Assembly (NCBI GenBank): GCA_025449695.1
Contig: JANWIW010000013.1
Location: forward strand, 1-56,023
From: Minisyncoccota bacterium
GTDB taxonomy: Bacteria > Patescibacteriota > Minisyncoccia > UBA6257 > 2-01-FULL-56-20
Direction: 5' to 3'
Length of the DNA: 56,023 nucleotides
The position numbers and the translations under genes are program-made. Below, piece by piece: positions 36,741-45,921 of the stretch (its first letter is position 1; every line of letters starts with the position of its first letter). Below the pieces are notes generated by a model. That model was not told the origin of the DNA. It worked only from the letters and a program-made list of their open reading frames with translations, and did no database searches.

Positions 36741-37163
36741 CTAAGACGCGCGTTTCGTCCGAGGGCGGACGGCCTTCTTTCCCGATGAGCGGGCGCGGCC
36801 CTTGCTCTTGCCCTTCTCGAACGATCCCGCGATGCTTTTCCAGTGACGCCGAAGATCGGCGGCGAGCTCCATGAATTCTGCGGACTTGATGTTCCGGGCG
36901 CCGCGATAGCTCGCCAGTACCTTATTGACCACGTTCTGATAGGTGCCTTCCGTGACCCGTTCCATGTTCTCCAGTTCGGAAAGGACCTCGCCCTTGGCCT
37001 TCAGCATCCATCCTTTCACCTTGGCCCGGTTCTTGGGGGCGTTCTTGCTGCCATAAAGAAGATATACTCCCAGCGCTGCGGCGGCGGCGGAGGCTGCGAT
37101 ACCGGCGCCGATCCCTGCCTTGTTGCTTTTGCCCATGATGTTGGTTTTGTTTTGTTTCGACAT
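36741..37163 (-). CDS. YtxH-like membrane-anchored helical protein
   Basis: 140 aa with a Gly/Ala-rich TM segment followed by an amphipathic helical region. Confidence 0.55.
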   Translation of the reverse strand: MSKQNKTNIMGKSNKAGIGAGIAASAAAAALGVYLLYGSKNAPKNRAKVKGWMLKAKGEVLSELENMERVTEGTYQNVVNKVLASYRGARNIKSAEFMELAADLRRHWKSIAGSFEKGKSKGRARSSGKKAVRPRTKRAS

Positions 37164-37164
37164 G

Positions 37165-37455
37165 TTATTTTTTTCCGCGCTTGCTGCGGCCGCCCCGGAG
37201 GCCGCTCAGGAAAGCAAGTATGCCGGGCAGGAACGAGCTCTCTTTGATCTTTGCCCGCAGCGCTCCAATGTCCGCGACCGCGTTCTCGGCCTCGCGCCGC
37301 ACGAGGCGGACTATTGCTTTGGCCTCGTTCATAAGGGTTATCAGGTAGATGATGGCTGCAACGAAAGCCAGCACGAGCACCGTAAGGAGAATGGTGCTCA
37401 CGAAGAAGAATACATCCGCGTGGATCAGGGCGCTATCCATAGGGTAGATGATCAA
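37165..37455 (-). CDS. Small single-pass membrane protein
   Basis: 96 aa. Adjacent to, and 1 nt apart from, the YtxH-like gene. Confidence 0.5.
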   Translation of the reverse strand: MIIYPMDSALIHADVFFFVSTILLTVLVLAFVAAIIYLITLMNEAKAIVRLVRREAENAVADIGALRAKIKESSFLPGILAFLSGLRGGRSKRGKK

Positions 37456-37532
37456 TTATACAATATTGCGTGAAAACGGCATGATGCCCGGCGCCCTTGC
37501 ATCCCGTCCCCGGAAGGCTATGCTTAAGGAAT

Positions 37533-38009
37533 ATGACCCAGCTCGTCACTATCCTCGTCATCGTCGCCGTCATCTTCGGCGGCTGGCTCTGGCTAAACCA
37601 TGAGAAGGCGGTGGCTCCCGGCGGCAGTGCCGGCCTGGGCGCGACGAGCACGCTTACGGGAACGAGCACGAGTCCCACTTCCTCCCAGCCGGCAGCAGCC
37701 AATAAGGACGGCGGCGGCGCTCATCCCACGCTCACCTATGGCGAGGCAGTCGCCACCTTCTCCACCCGGCGCATCCAGTTCGACGCGAATTGCGTCGCCA
37801 TTCCTTCGTCCATAGTACTGAAGAACGGCACGAACGTCATGTTCGACAACCGTTCCCCGGAGAGCCGCTCCTTCGCGCTGGATGGCACCCGCTACTCCCT
37901 CCGCGGCTACGACTTCCGGATTCTGACATTGCGCGCCTCCACTCTCCCCCATACCATCGTGGTGGATTGCGGGAACGGCCGCAACAACGGACAGATCATC
38001 CTGAACTGA
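37533..38009 (+). CDS. Hypothetical membrane-anchored or secreted protein
   Basis: Starts at MTQLVTILVIVAVIFGGWLW. Followed by the hairpin gacccgcc-ttg-ggcgggtc. Confidence 0.6.
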   Translation: MTQLVTILVIVAVIFGGWLWLNHEKAVAPGGSAGLGATSTLTGTSTSPTSSQPAAANKDGGGAHPTLTYGEAVATFSTRRIQFDANCVAIPSSIVLKNGTNVMFDNRSPESRSFALDGTRYSLRGYDFRILTLRASTLPHTIVVDCGNGRNNGQIILN

Positions 38010-38093
38010 CCCGCCTTGGGCGGGTCATCCTGCTGTGCCCTGCGTAGCGTTCGCGGATCAGGGAAGCCAGCAGGCTTAAGGATCCCCAGGACC

Positions 38094-38146
38094 TCTTCAC
38101 CATGCAAAAGGCTCCCGCGCGCGCGGGAGCCTTTTGCATGGTGAAG
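38094..38146. terminator. Perfect ~25-bp palindrome between convergent genes
   Basis: cttcaccatgcaaaaggctcccgcgc / gcgcgggagccttttgcatggtgaag. Confidence 0.7.
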
Positions 38147-38151
38147 GAGGC

Positions 38152-38361
38152 CTAGTATGCAGCGCCATCGGTGCCGCCGCCCTGGGTGGAGATGTTCACG
38201 CCGGGGCTTGCGTCATTGCCGCCATTGCCGCCGAGACCGGCCCAGCGGAACAAGGCGAACACGACGAGCAGAGCGATAATAACAATGGCGACCACCGCCG
38301 CCGCGCTCACGCCGGGATCAGCGGCGCGGACCGGATGTTCCTCTCGAATTACAGTAGCCAT
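38152..38361 (-). CDS. Small membrane protein
   Basis: 69 aa with a central helix (AAVVAIVIIALLVVFALF). Confidence 0.45.
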   Translation of the reverse strand: MATVIREEHPVRAADPGVSAAAVVAIVIIALLVVFALFRWAGLGGNGGNDASPGVNISTQGGGTDGAAY

Positions 38362-38578
38362 ATTCTAGTGAGTAGTTAGTAGTGCATAGTGAGTAGTGTA
38401 GTTATGGCAGTTTCCTACTCACTACAATCTGATGTTTGCGACCTTTGCGTATCAGACCTGCATTGTACGCGGGAACCTATGAAAAACCCGTGAGCGCCCC
38501 TTCTCAGCGCCGCGTCCTCTTCACAAGGACCCGCCGTTTGGTATTTACTGTTAGAATCCAGATAAGCCCATTTCCCCC

Positions 38579-39508
38579 ATGCGAAAGTTCTTCAAGCTGA
38601 TCGTGCTCGCGGCCGCCATAGGCGTCATCTGGCATTACCGCGATCCCCTGCTCGGGGTGATGAGCCGCGCCCGCGCCCAGTTCTTCCCTTGCCGGGCGCC
38701 CGTAAGTTACGTCCTCGCCGCCTTCGACGACCGCTTCGGCATATCCCGGGAGGAGTTCCTGCGCGCCGCGAAACAGGCGGAAGAGGCCTGGGAGGACGGG
38801 GCAGGGCGCGAACTCTTCAGCTATGATCCGGAAGGAAGCCCGGGGGCTATCGAGCTGAACCTTATCTACGACGAGCGGCAAGCCGCGACCGACAAGCTGA
38901 AAACGCTCGGTCTCGCGATCGACAGCAGTGAAAGGACATACCAGTCCCTGAACGCCGAGTATGCCTCTTTCAAGGCGGAGTATGATCGCAGCAAGGCCGC
39001 CCTTGATTCGCTGATCGTCGCCTACAAGAAAGCCAAGGCGGCATACGACGAGAAAGTGGCGTATTGGAACGCCCGCGGCGGCGCCCCGCGCGACACCTAC
39101 CGGGCCATGGAGGCGGAGCGGCAGCGCCTGAACGCCGACCTCGCCGCGATAAATGCCGCGCAGGCGAAACTGAACGCCGCGGCGGACGACATCAATGCCC
39201 TGGTCGTGACCCTGAACCGCCTGGCCCGCGAGCTGAACCTCACCGCCAGCCGGTACAACAAGCTTGGCACCGGAGAGGAATTCGAGGAAGGGCTCTATAA
39301 GGCCGATGCGTTCGGCCGGGAAATAGACATCTATCAGTTCGACACTGAAATGAAGCTGGTCCGCGTCCTCGCCCACGAGTTCGGCCATGCCCTGGGCCTG
39401 GAGCACGTGGACGATCCCCAGGCTATCATGTACCGCCTGAACCAAGGCCGCGACGCTGCACCCACGGCAGCGGATATCGCCCAACTGAAGGCGCACTGCC
39501 GGATATAG
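38579..39508 (+). CDS. Matrixin-type zinc metalloprotease with a coiled-coil spacer
   Basis: HEFGHALGLEH zinc motif, an N-terminal TM segment and a long helical Ala/Lys/Glu region. Confidence 0.8.
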   Translation: MRKFFKLIVLAAAIGVIWHYRDPLLGVMSRARAQFFPCRAPVSYVLAAFDDRFGISREEFLRAAKQAEEAWEDGAGRELFSYDPEGSPGAIELNLIYDERQAATDKLKTLGLAIDSSERTYQSLNAEYASFKAEYDRSKAALDSLIVAYKKAKAAYDEKVAYWNARGGAPRDTYRAMEAERQRLNADLAAINAAQAKLNAAADDINALVVTLNRLARELNLTASRYNKLGTGEEFEEGLYKADAFGREIDIYQFDTEMKLVRVLAHEFGHALGLEHVDDPQAIMYRLNQGRDAAPTAADIAQLKAHCRI

Positions 39509-39637
39509 CAACCAGGCAACGGCGGTTAGTAATAAGGGACAGACATTCCATGCCTCGTTACTGCACGCTCAACTACCGATTATTGCCCTCTGCGCTGGAC
39601 AATGCCGCCCGATTCTATATACTGACCTCACAATTGA

Positions 39638-39876
39638 ATACTTATAAAGAGACGGCGATCCTCCTTCGCTCTCCCTCCGCTGAAGCTTCGAGGGCACGGT
39701 AAAGATCCTGAAGGAGAACGAGAACTAGCTCGACGACCCGTCAGCAACCTATCCCCGCTTCCGCCTTCGCTAAAGCTTCGGCGGACAAGCAGGATAAGGT
39801 GCTCCATCTAGCCCTCCAGACAATGTCGAGGGGAAGATAGATTGTTGATATCTTCCCGCTCGTGGAAGTTTTTTCT
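39638..39876 (+). promoter_or_regulatory. Divergent SAM-I-like riboswitch with a terminator expression platform (tentative)
   Basis: CTTATAAAGAGACGG..., CCCGTCAGCAACC, a P3 stem TATCC...GGATA, AGGTGCTCCATCTAGC, a P4 stem CCCTC...GAGGG and GAAGATAGA. These are followed by TATCTTCCC and CTTCC-cgctcgt-GGAAG-TTTTTTC. It lies upstream of metK, and the P2 region is far longer than the consensus. Confidence 0.5.
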
Positions 39877-39881
39877 TTAAT

Positions 39882-39943
39882 TGTCATTCTTCGCCCTCTG
39901 TGGAGCCTGTCCCGCATGCGCTCGCGGCAGCCTCAGGATGACA
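39882..39943. repeat. GTCAT(T/C)C...GGATGACA palindromic element copy in the metK leader
   Basis: tgtcattcttcg...cctcaggatgaca. Confidence 0.55.
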
Positions 39944-39995
39944 GAAACTCCCTTCCTCATTATTACTCTTTACTGATTACCAGTTACTCATCATT

Positions 39996-41042
39996 ATGCG
40001 TTATCCCCCGAAATATACCGTGGAATCGGTCACTGCAGGCCATCCGGATAAGGTCTGCGACCAGATCTCGGACGCGATCCTGGACGCGATGCTGGCCCAG
40101 GACCCTTTGAGCCGGTCGGGAGTCGAAGCGTTCGGGAGCCACGGCACCCTTATGATCGGCGGCGAGGTCAGGACCAACGCGAAGGTGGATTTCGAGAGTA
40201 TTGCCCGCAAGATTTACAAGGACATCGGCTACGACGACGAGCTGGAGGTGCTCATTCGCATCGCCCAGCAGTCCGGGGATATCGCTATGGGCGTGGACAC
40301 CGGCGGCGCCGGAGACCAGGGCATCATGTACGGGTACGCCACCGACGAGACCCCGGAGTTCTTGCCGCGCGGCGTAGTACTGGCCCATGCGCTGGCAAGG
40401 AGGCTCGAGGCCATCCGGCGGGACGGTACCCTCCCCTGGCTCGGCCCGGACGGGAAGACCCAGGTCACCATAGACAACGGCCGCGTGGTCACCGTCCTCT
40501 CGAGCGCCCAGCACAGCGAGAGCGTAGGCCTGGAAGAGGTGCGCGCCGGCCTCACGAAACATCTCTTCGAGGCGGTCCTCGGCGATATATCCGCGATGGA
40601 GGTCCTCGTGAATCCCACCGGGCGCTTCGTGCAGGGAGGCTTCATGGCGGATGCGGGCCTTACCGGGAGGAAGATCATGGTGGACACCTACGGCGGCCTT
40701 ATCTCCCACGGCGGCGGATGTTTCTCCGGCAAGGAGGGCATGAAGGTGGACCGCTCCGCTTCGTATATGTGCCGGTTCGTCGCCAAGAACCTGGTCGCGG
40801 CCGGGCTCGGCAAACAATGCCTGGTATCGGTCGCCTATGCCATCGGGCGCGCCGAACCCCTCATGATCGAAGCGGTGAACGAGAAGGACGAGGACCTGTC
40901 TCCGTTCGTCGCCAAGCATTTCGACTTCCGGCCGCGGGCCATCATCGAGCGTCTCGGCCTCACGCGGCCCATTTTCCTCCAGACCGCGACCTACGGGCAC
41001 TTCGGCAAACCCGGCCTGCCGTGGGAGGAGATCGTTCTTTAG
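39996..41042 (+). CDS. metK: S-adenosylmethionine synthetase (short form)
   Basis: ESVTAGHPDKVCDQISDAILD, GAGDQGIMYGYA and SGKEGMKVDRSASY motifs. Confidence 0.95.
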   Translation: MRYPPKYTVESVTAGHPDKVCDQISDAILDAMLAQDPLSRSGVEAFGSHGTLMIGGEVRTNAKVDFESIARKIYKDIGYDDELEVLIRIAQQSGDIAMGVDTGGAGDQGIMYGYATDETPEFLPRGVVLAHALARRLEAIRRDGTLPWLGPDGKTQVTIDNGRVVTVLSSAQHSESVGLEEVRAGLTKHLFEAVLGDISAMEVLVNPTGRFVQGGFMADAGLTGRKIMVDTYGGLISHGGGCFSGKEGMKVDRSASYMCRFVAKNLVAAGLGKQCLVSVAYAIGRAEPLMIEAVNEKDEDLSPFVAKHFDFRPRAIIERLGLTRPIFLQTATYGHFGKPGLPWEEIVL

Positions 41043-41079
41043 TTTGTAGTGGATAGTTGGTAGTGAGTAAGCTTTAAGG

Positions 41080-41117
41080 CCAACACCCTTACGCTCTTAG
41101 GAGCATAAGGGTGTTGG
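41080..41117. terminator. Hairpin terminator between convergent genes
   Basis: ccaacaccctta ... taagggtgttgg (12-bp stem). Confidence 0.65.
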
Positions 41118-41146
41118 CGTATCGAGCGTTGCGCCGTGCGTGATGA

Positions 41147-41401
41147 CTACGCGGTGCGCCGGACCGCCCGGACGATCGCGATGAGCACGATCGCGCCGAT
41201 CAAGGCAACCACGAAGCTGTAGAGATTGAAACCCGTCACGCCGGCTTGGCCGAAGAGGCTCATCACCCAGCCCCCGAGCACGGCCCCTACCACACCGACC
41301 ACGATATCCATGAGCGGTCCCTGACTGGCATTGGTGCGCATGATCATGGAGGCTATCCAGCCCACCAAAGCCCCGAAGAGTATCCACAAAATGATGTTCA
41401 T
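41147..41401 (-). CDS. GlsB/YeaQ/YmgE family membrane protein
   Basis: MNIILWILFGALVGWIASMIM...DIVVGVVGAVLGGWV. Confidence 0.85.
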   Translation of the reverse strand: MNIILWILFGALVGWIASMIMRTNASQGPLMDIVVGVVGAVLGGWVMSLFGQAGVTGFNLYSFVVALIGAIVLIAIVRAVRRTA

Positions 41402-41533
41402 AACGTAAGTGGCAAGACCCTATGTATACCGACCTTTTATGTAGGTTTCAATATACGGACACCGAATGAGAATCCGGTGAATGGCCCCGCGAAGGTTGGT
41501 CCCGCCCTCCCGGCGCGTGGTACTATAAACTCA

Positions 41534-42433
41534 ATGAGGTTTGCCTGGTATGGCCCCCTGCTCATAGTTTTCGCCGCCCTGCTCTGGGGCGTGGACGGCA
41601 TCCTGCGCCGCAGCCTGCAAGCCCTGCCGCCGATCACCATTGTCTTCCTAGAGCACGCGATTGGGCTGATCATCCTTCTGCCGTTCTTTTTGCCCCTCAT
41701 CCGGAAAGAACGCTTCACGAGGCGTGAATGGGCCGCGCTGATCTTCGTGGCGATCCTCTCCAGCGTACTGGGCACGCTATGGTTTACCGGCGCGATCACG
41801 GCCACGAACTACATCTCCTTCTCGGTCGTGTTCCTGCTCCAAAAGCTGCAGCCGATCTTCGCCATTCTCGGGGCGATATTGATACTGAAGGAGCGGGTCA
41901 CCCGCAACTACGCGTGGTGGGCAGTGCTCGCCATCATCGCCGCGTTCTTCGTCACCTTCCCCGCCGGCCAGGTTAACCTCGACACGGGCCGGGGCACGCT
42001 CATCGCCGCCCTCCTCGCCATCGGCGCCGCGTTCGCCTGGGGCTTCACTACTCCCTTCTCGCGCTATGTCCTTTTGCAGCACAAGGCTACGGTGGTCACC
42101 GGCTGGAGGTTCCTTCTGGCGGTCGTCGTCGCGGGAGCATTCCTGCCGTTCATGGGAGGTATCGCTCCCATCTCCGATATCACCTCCCGCCAGGCCTGGA
42201 CCTTGGTTGCGATCGCGTTCTCAACCGGCATGGTGGCGCTTTGGATCTACTATCGCGGGCTCAGGTTCACCGAAGCGCGGGTGGCGACGATCCTGGAATT
42301 GGCCTCTCCTTTGGCCGCCATCGTTATAGATATCCTGTGGTACCGCAACTTCCTAGAGGGAAGCCAATACCTCGCGGCGGCCGTGCTGGTCTACGCCACC
42401 TGGCGGGTAGCGCGCCTGAATCGCGCGGCCTGA
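41534..42433 (+). CDS. EamA/DMT family transporter
   Basis: 10-helix pattern with LLWGVDGILRR near the N-terminus. Confidence 0.8.
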   Translation: MRFAWYGPLLIVFAALLWGVDGILRRSLQALPPITIVFLEHAIGLIILLPFFLPLIRKERFTRREWAALIFVAILSSVLGTLWFTGAITATNYISFSVVFLLQKLQPIFAILGAILILKERVTRNYAWWAVLAIIAAFFVTFPAGQVNLDTGRGTLIAALLAIGAAFAWGFTTPFSRYVLLQHKATVVTGWRFLLAVVVAGAFLPFMGGIAPISDITSRQAWTLVAIAFSTGMVALWIYYRGLRFTEARVATILELASPLAAIVIDILWYRNFLEGSQYLAAAVLVYATWRVARLNRAA

Positions 42434-42438
42434 CCTTT

Positions 42439-42825
42439 ATGATCCACTCCACGCGGGTCCTGACCGGGCGCGGCGAAGGCAAGCGCATCGGCATACCCAC
42501 TTTGAACTTGGATATCCCTCCCGGTTTTTCCGAACGGCAGGGCATATACGCCGGCTGGGTCACTATCGGGGACGCGCGCCACGCGGCGGCGTTCCATTGG
42601 GGGCCGATTCCTTCTTTCGGCATCGAGACCCTCTCGCTCGAGGCGCACCTCCTCGATATCGCCCTCGCGGCGGCGCCTCAAGAAGTATCCTTCGAGCTCA
42701 CCGGATTCATCAGGGAAATCAAGGCTTTTCCGGCGGTGACGGACCTCCAGGCCGCCATCCGGGAAGACATCCGCCAGGTACGCCGTGTCCTCAGATTACC
42801 TCCTGAAGCACCGGGATTGCTATAA
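42439..42825 (+). CDS. Riboflavin kinase domain protein
   Basis: GRGEGKRIGIPTLNL...GIYAGWV...AAFHWGP..F......LEAHLLD. Confidence 0.7.
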   Translation: MIHSTRVLTGRGEGKRIGIPTLNLDIPPGFSERQGIYAGWVTIGDARHAAAFHWGPIPSFGIETLSLEAHLLDIALAAAPQEVSFELTGFIREIKAFPAVTDLQAAIREDIRQVRRVLRLPPEAPGLL

Positions 42826-42898
42826 TCAAAAGGTGAGCGCGGCAGGAATCCTCCCGCCGCCGTAAAGGTCGGATATATTCCCCTTTTCAATTTCTATC

Positions 42899-43117
42899 AT
42901 GAAAGGAATGCATATAGCGGCCTTCATCCTCCTCGTGATCGGGGGCTTGAACTGGCTTCTCTTCGGCCTCTTCGGCACCGACATCGGCGCATGGCTCGGC
43001 GGCATGGACAGCATGATCGCCAAGGTGATCTACGTGCTTGTCGGCCTGGCCGCGATCTGGGAGATCGTCACCCACAAGAAGAACTGTGCGATGTGCGGGC
43101 AGCAGAAGATGATGTAG
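42899..43117 (+). CDS. DUF378 family membrane protein
   Basis: ILLVIGGLNWLLFGLFGTD...IYVLVGLAAIW. Confidence 0.8.
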   Translation: MKGMHIAAFILLVIGGLNWLLFGLFGTDIGAWLGGMDSMIAKVIYVLVGLAAIWEIVTHKKNCAMCGQQKMM

Positions 43118-43137
43118 GCCGCGGCTCTTCTGCGTCT

Positions 43138-43170
43138 GAACCATCCCCCCGCTTAGCGGGGGGATGGTTC
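43138..43170. terminator. Hairpin terminator
   Basis: gaaccatcccccc-gctta-gcggggggatggttc. Confidence 0.65.
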
Positions 43171-43196
43171 TTTAGGTACCTCTCTTTCTCCGGACC

Positions 43197-43237
43197 TGAA
43201 CAAAAAAGCGGCGTTCGTAATGCCGCTTTTTTGTTCA
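43197..43237. terminator. Bidirectional intrinsic terminator
   Basis: tgaacaaaaaagcggc-gttcgtaat-gccgcttttttgttca. Confidence 0.7.
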
Positions 43238-43408
43238 GTCCACCTTATTGGGTCGCATGGGGGAAAATTCCCCTTCATTCCTCTTAAAGATCCTGTCCCG
43301 GTTCGCTACCCGCTCCTGATACAGGAAAAGCCGGTTCACTCCCCGGTCGATCTTCGGCGGCAGGGGGCCTTTAGGCTGCCATACGGGGGCCGCATAATTG
43401 ACCTGCAT
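43235..43408 (-). CDS. Possible small protein (57 aa)
   Basis: MQVNYAAPVWQPKGPLPPKIDRGVNRLFLYQERVANRDRIFKRNEGEFSPMRPNKVD. Its stop abuts the 43197-43237 terminator. No Shine-Dalgarno seen. Confidence 0.35.
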   Translation of the reverse strand: MQVNYAAPVWQPKGPLPPKIDRGVNRLFLYQERVANRDRIFKRNEGEFSPMRPNKVD

Positions 43409-43452
43409 ACGTACGACTGTAGCATCCGCTTTCTGAACCTTTGATGAAAGGA

Positions 43453-43524
43453 AGGTTATAGGTTGTAGGTGACAGGTTGGGGCCTTGTGTTGCGCTGTAA
43501 CCTGCAAACTGTAAACTGTAACCT
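43453..43524. repeat. Low-complexity imperfect hairpin (AGGTT/GTAACC vocabulary) abutting the start codon at 43525
   Basis: aggttataggttgtaggtgacaggttgg pairs imperfectly with ctgtaacctgcaaactgtaaactgtaacct. Confidence 0.65.
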
Positions 43525-44466
43525 ATGCATATCCTCGTGACCGGCGGCGCCGGTTTTATCGGGGCCAACCTGGTCCGGCGCCTCCTTCAGGAAGGGCATC
43601 GGGTCACTGTGCTGGACAACCTGGAGACCGGTTCGCACGGCAACCTTGCCGGACTGGAAGGCGCCCTCGCCTTTCTTGAAGGCGATGTCACGCGCCCGCC
43701 CTCCTTCCCGGAAAAGTTCGACCGCATCTACCATCTGGCCTGCCCCGCCTCTCCGCCCCAATACCAAAAGGACCCGGTACGCACCTTGACCACGAACGTC
43801 GTCGGGACCCTGGCCATGCTCGATCTCGCGGCCGCATCGGGCGCGCGGTTCCTCCAGGCTTCCACCTCCGAGATATACGGCGATCCTCTTGAATCCCCGC
43901 AGAAGGAATCTTACTGGGGTCACGTGAACCCGGTCGGCCCTCGCAGCTGCTACGATGAGGGCAAGCGCGCCGCGGAGACGGCGGTTATGGACCATGGCCG
44001 TACGCGCGGAACGGACGCGCGCGTCGTACGCATCTTCAACACGTACGGCCCGTTCATGGACCCGGCGGACGGACGGGTCGTCTCCAATTTCATCGTGCAG
44101 GCGCTGAAGGGCGAGCCGCTCACCATCTATGGGGACGGTTCGCAGACCCGCTCCTTCCAATACATAGACGACCTGGTGGAGGGCATGATCCGGATGATGG
44201 AGAATGAGGCCGGCTTTGCGGGCCCGGTAAACCTCGGCAACCCCGAAGAGTTCTCGGTCCGCGAGCTCGCCGCGGAGGTGCTGCGGCTTATCCCCGAAAG
44301 CAAGAGCGCTCTCGAAGAACACCCCTTGCCGCTGGATGATCCCAAGCGCCGCCTGCCCGACATCTCCATCGCCAAGGAGAAATTGGATTGGGAGCCGCGC
44401 ATAAACCTCGCCTCAGGGCTCCAAATGACGATCCCTTATTTCCGAAAGGCGATCCATGGAACTTAA
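43525..44466 (+). CDS. UDP-glucuronate decarboxylase / NAD-dependent epimerase-dehydratase
   Basis: VTGGAGFIGANL, YDEGKR and a UXS-like C-terminus. Confidence 0.9.
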   Translation: MHILVTGGAGFIGANLVRRLLQEGHRVTVLDNLETGSHGNLAGLEGALAFLEGDVTRPPSFPEKFDRIYHLACPASPPQYQKDPVRTLTTNVVGTLAMLDLAAASGARFLQASTSEIYGDPLESPQKESYWGHVNPVGPRSCYDEGKRAAETAVMDHGRTRGTDARVVRIFNTYGPFMDPADGRVVSNFIVQALKGEPLTIYGDGSQTRSFQYIDDLVEGMIRMMENEAGFAGPVNLGNPEEFSVRELAAEVLRLIPESKSALEEHPLPLDDPKRRLPDISIAKEKLDWEPRINLASGLQMTIPYFRKAIHGT

Positions 44467-44890
44467 GCTTTTCGTGGCCACAAAGGGGTTCATCGAGCGG
44501 GACGGCAAGATCCTTCTTATCCGGGAATCCCCCGCGTACACGGACGGCACGAACGCCGCCAAGTACGGGCTTCCCGGAGGGCGCATCTCGCCCGGCGAGC
44601 ATCTGGAAGAGGCCCTTTCCCGGGAGGTGCTCGAAGAGACCGGCCTGCGCATCGAGGCGCTATCGCCCTTCTTCGCCGACGAGAGCCTGCCCCGGCCCAT
44701 GGTCCGGGGAGAGGAATGGCAGATCATCAAGATATTCTTCGCCTGTCGCGCGCTGCCAGGCGAGATCAAATTGAGCGAAGACCATGATGCGCATCTCTGG
44801 ATCGATCCCAAGGAGTACCGCGCCGTCGACCTGATCGCGAACGAGATCGCTCCTTTCGAGGCATACGTGCGCTTTCTGGAACGATCATGA
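44456..44890 (+). CDS. NUDIX hydrolase
   Basis: Nudix box GGRISPGEHLEEALSREVLEETGL. Confidence 0.85.
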   Translation: MELKLFVATKGFIERDGKILLIRESPAYTDGTNAAKYGLPGGRISPGEHLEEALSREVLEETGLRIEALSPFFADESLPRPMVRGEEWQIIKIFFACRALPGEIKLSEDHDAHLWIDPKEYRAVDLIANEIAPFEAYVRFLERS

Positions 44891-45921
44891 AATACATCAT
44901 CGCGACCATCTCCAAGAACTCGTACCCCGCGAAAAAGATCGAAGAGATCATCCGCGCGGGAGCGAACGTGCTGCGCTTCAACTTCTCGCACGGCAGTCCC
45001 GAGGAAGTGCGCGGCAAAGTCCAGGTGGCGCGCGAGGTGATCGCGAAGCTCGGGCTCTCCGGCAAGGTCGCCATCCTGGCGGACCTTCCCGGCAGCAAGC
45101 TCCGTCTCGGCAGGTTCGCCGCGGGAGATTACCCCGTGACCAAAGGACAGCGGATCATCCTGAAGAGCGCGGCCGAGTCCCCCGATCCGGCGCAGTTCAT
45201 TCCCGTCGATTTCCCCGAGATAGGCAATTACGTGGAGCCAGGCCAGGTGATCACCTTCGGCGACGGCGAGCTCGCCTGCAGGGTAGAGAAGGTCCTGAGC
45301 AAGAGCGAGTTCAGCGCGGAGATACTGAACGACCGGTCCGTCCCCCACATGAAGGCCCTGAACATCGGCCGGGCGATCGATGCCCTGGACCACTTCACTC
45401 CCCAGGCCCTCGCCCACATCCAGGGCCTCTCCGCCATGCGCCCGGAATGGGTGGCGTTTTCCTTCGTGCGAAGCGGAGAGGACATGCGGCGCTGGAAGGA
45501 GCTGCTCCGGCCGCATCTCGCCGCGGACTGGCAGCCGAAATCGGTGGCCAAGCTCGAAACCATCCAGGCTGTGGACAATGCGGAGGCCATCGCCGCCGAA
45601 TGCGACTGCCTCATGGTCGCGCGCGGGGACCTCGGCCTCGCCGCGCCGATCGAGAACCTGGGCCTATATCAGAAACGCATAGTCGCTGCCGCTAAGAAAG
45701 CGGGGAAAGAGGTCGTGGTCGCCACCCAGATCCTGGACAGCCTGCTTTCGTACTATATCCCGCAGCGGGCGGAGGTCCTGGACCTCACAAACATCGTCCT
45801 CGACGGCGCCGACGGGATCATGTTCGCCAAGGAGACCGGCATAAGCCTTACGCCCGGGCGCTCGGTGGAAACGGCGCGTGCCATCATCGATGCCGTCGAG
45901 CAAGGCATGGCACGGCAATGA
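44887..45921 (+). CDS. pyk: Pyruvate kinase lacking the C-terminal regulatory domain
   Basis: GANVLRFNFSHG, MVARGDLG and ATQILDS motifs. It ends after the A-domain at 344 aa. Confidence 0.8.
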   Translation: MKYIIATISKNSYPAKKIEEIIRAGANVLRFNFSHGSPEEVRGKVQVAREVIAKLGLSGKVAILADLPGSKLRLGRFAAGDYPVTKGQRIILKSAAESPDPAQFIPVDFPEIGNYVEPGQVITFGDGELACRVEKVLSKSEFSAEILNDRSVPHMKALNIGRAIDALDHFTPQALAHIQGLSAMRPEWVAFSFVRSGEDMRRWKELLRPHLAADWQPKSVAKLETIQAVDNAEAIAAECDCLMVARGDLGLAAPIENLGLYQKRIVAAAKKAGKEVVVATQILDSLLSYYIPQRAEVLDLTNIVLDGADGIMFAKETGISLTPGRSVETARAIIDAVEQGMARQ

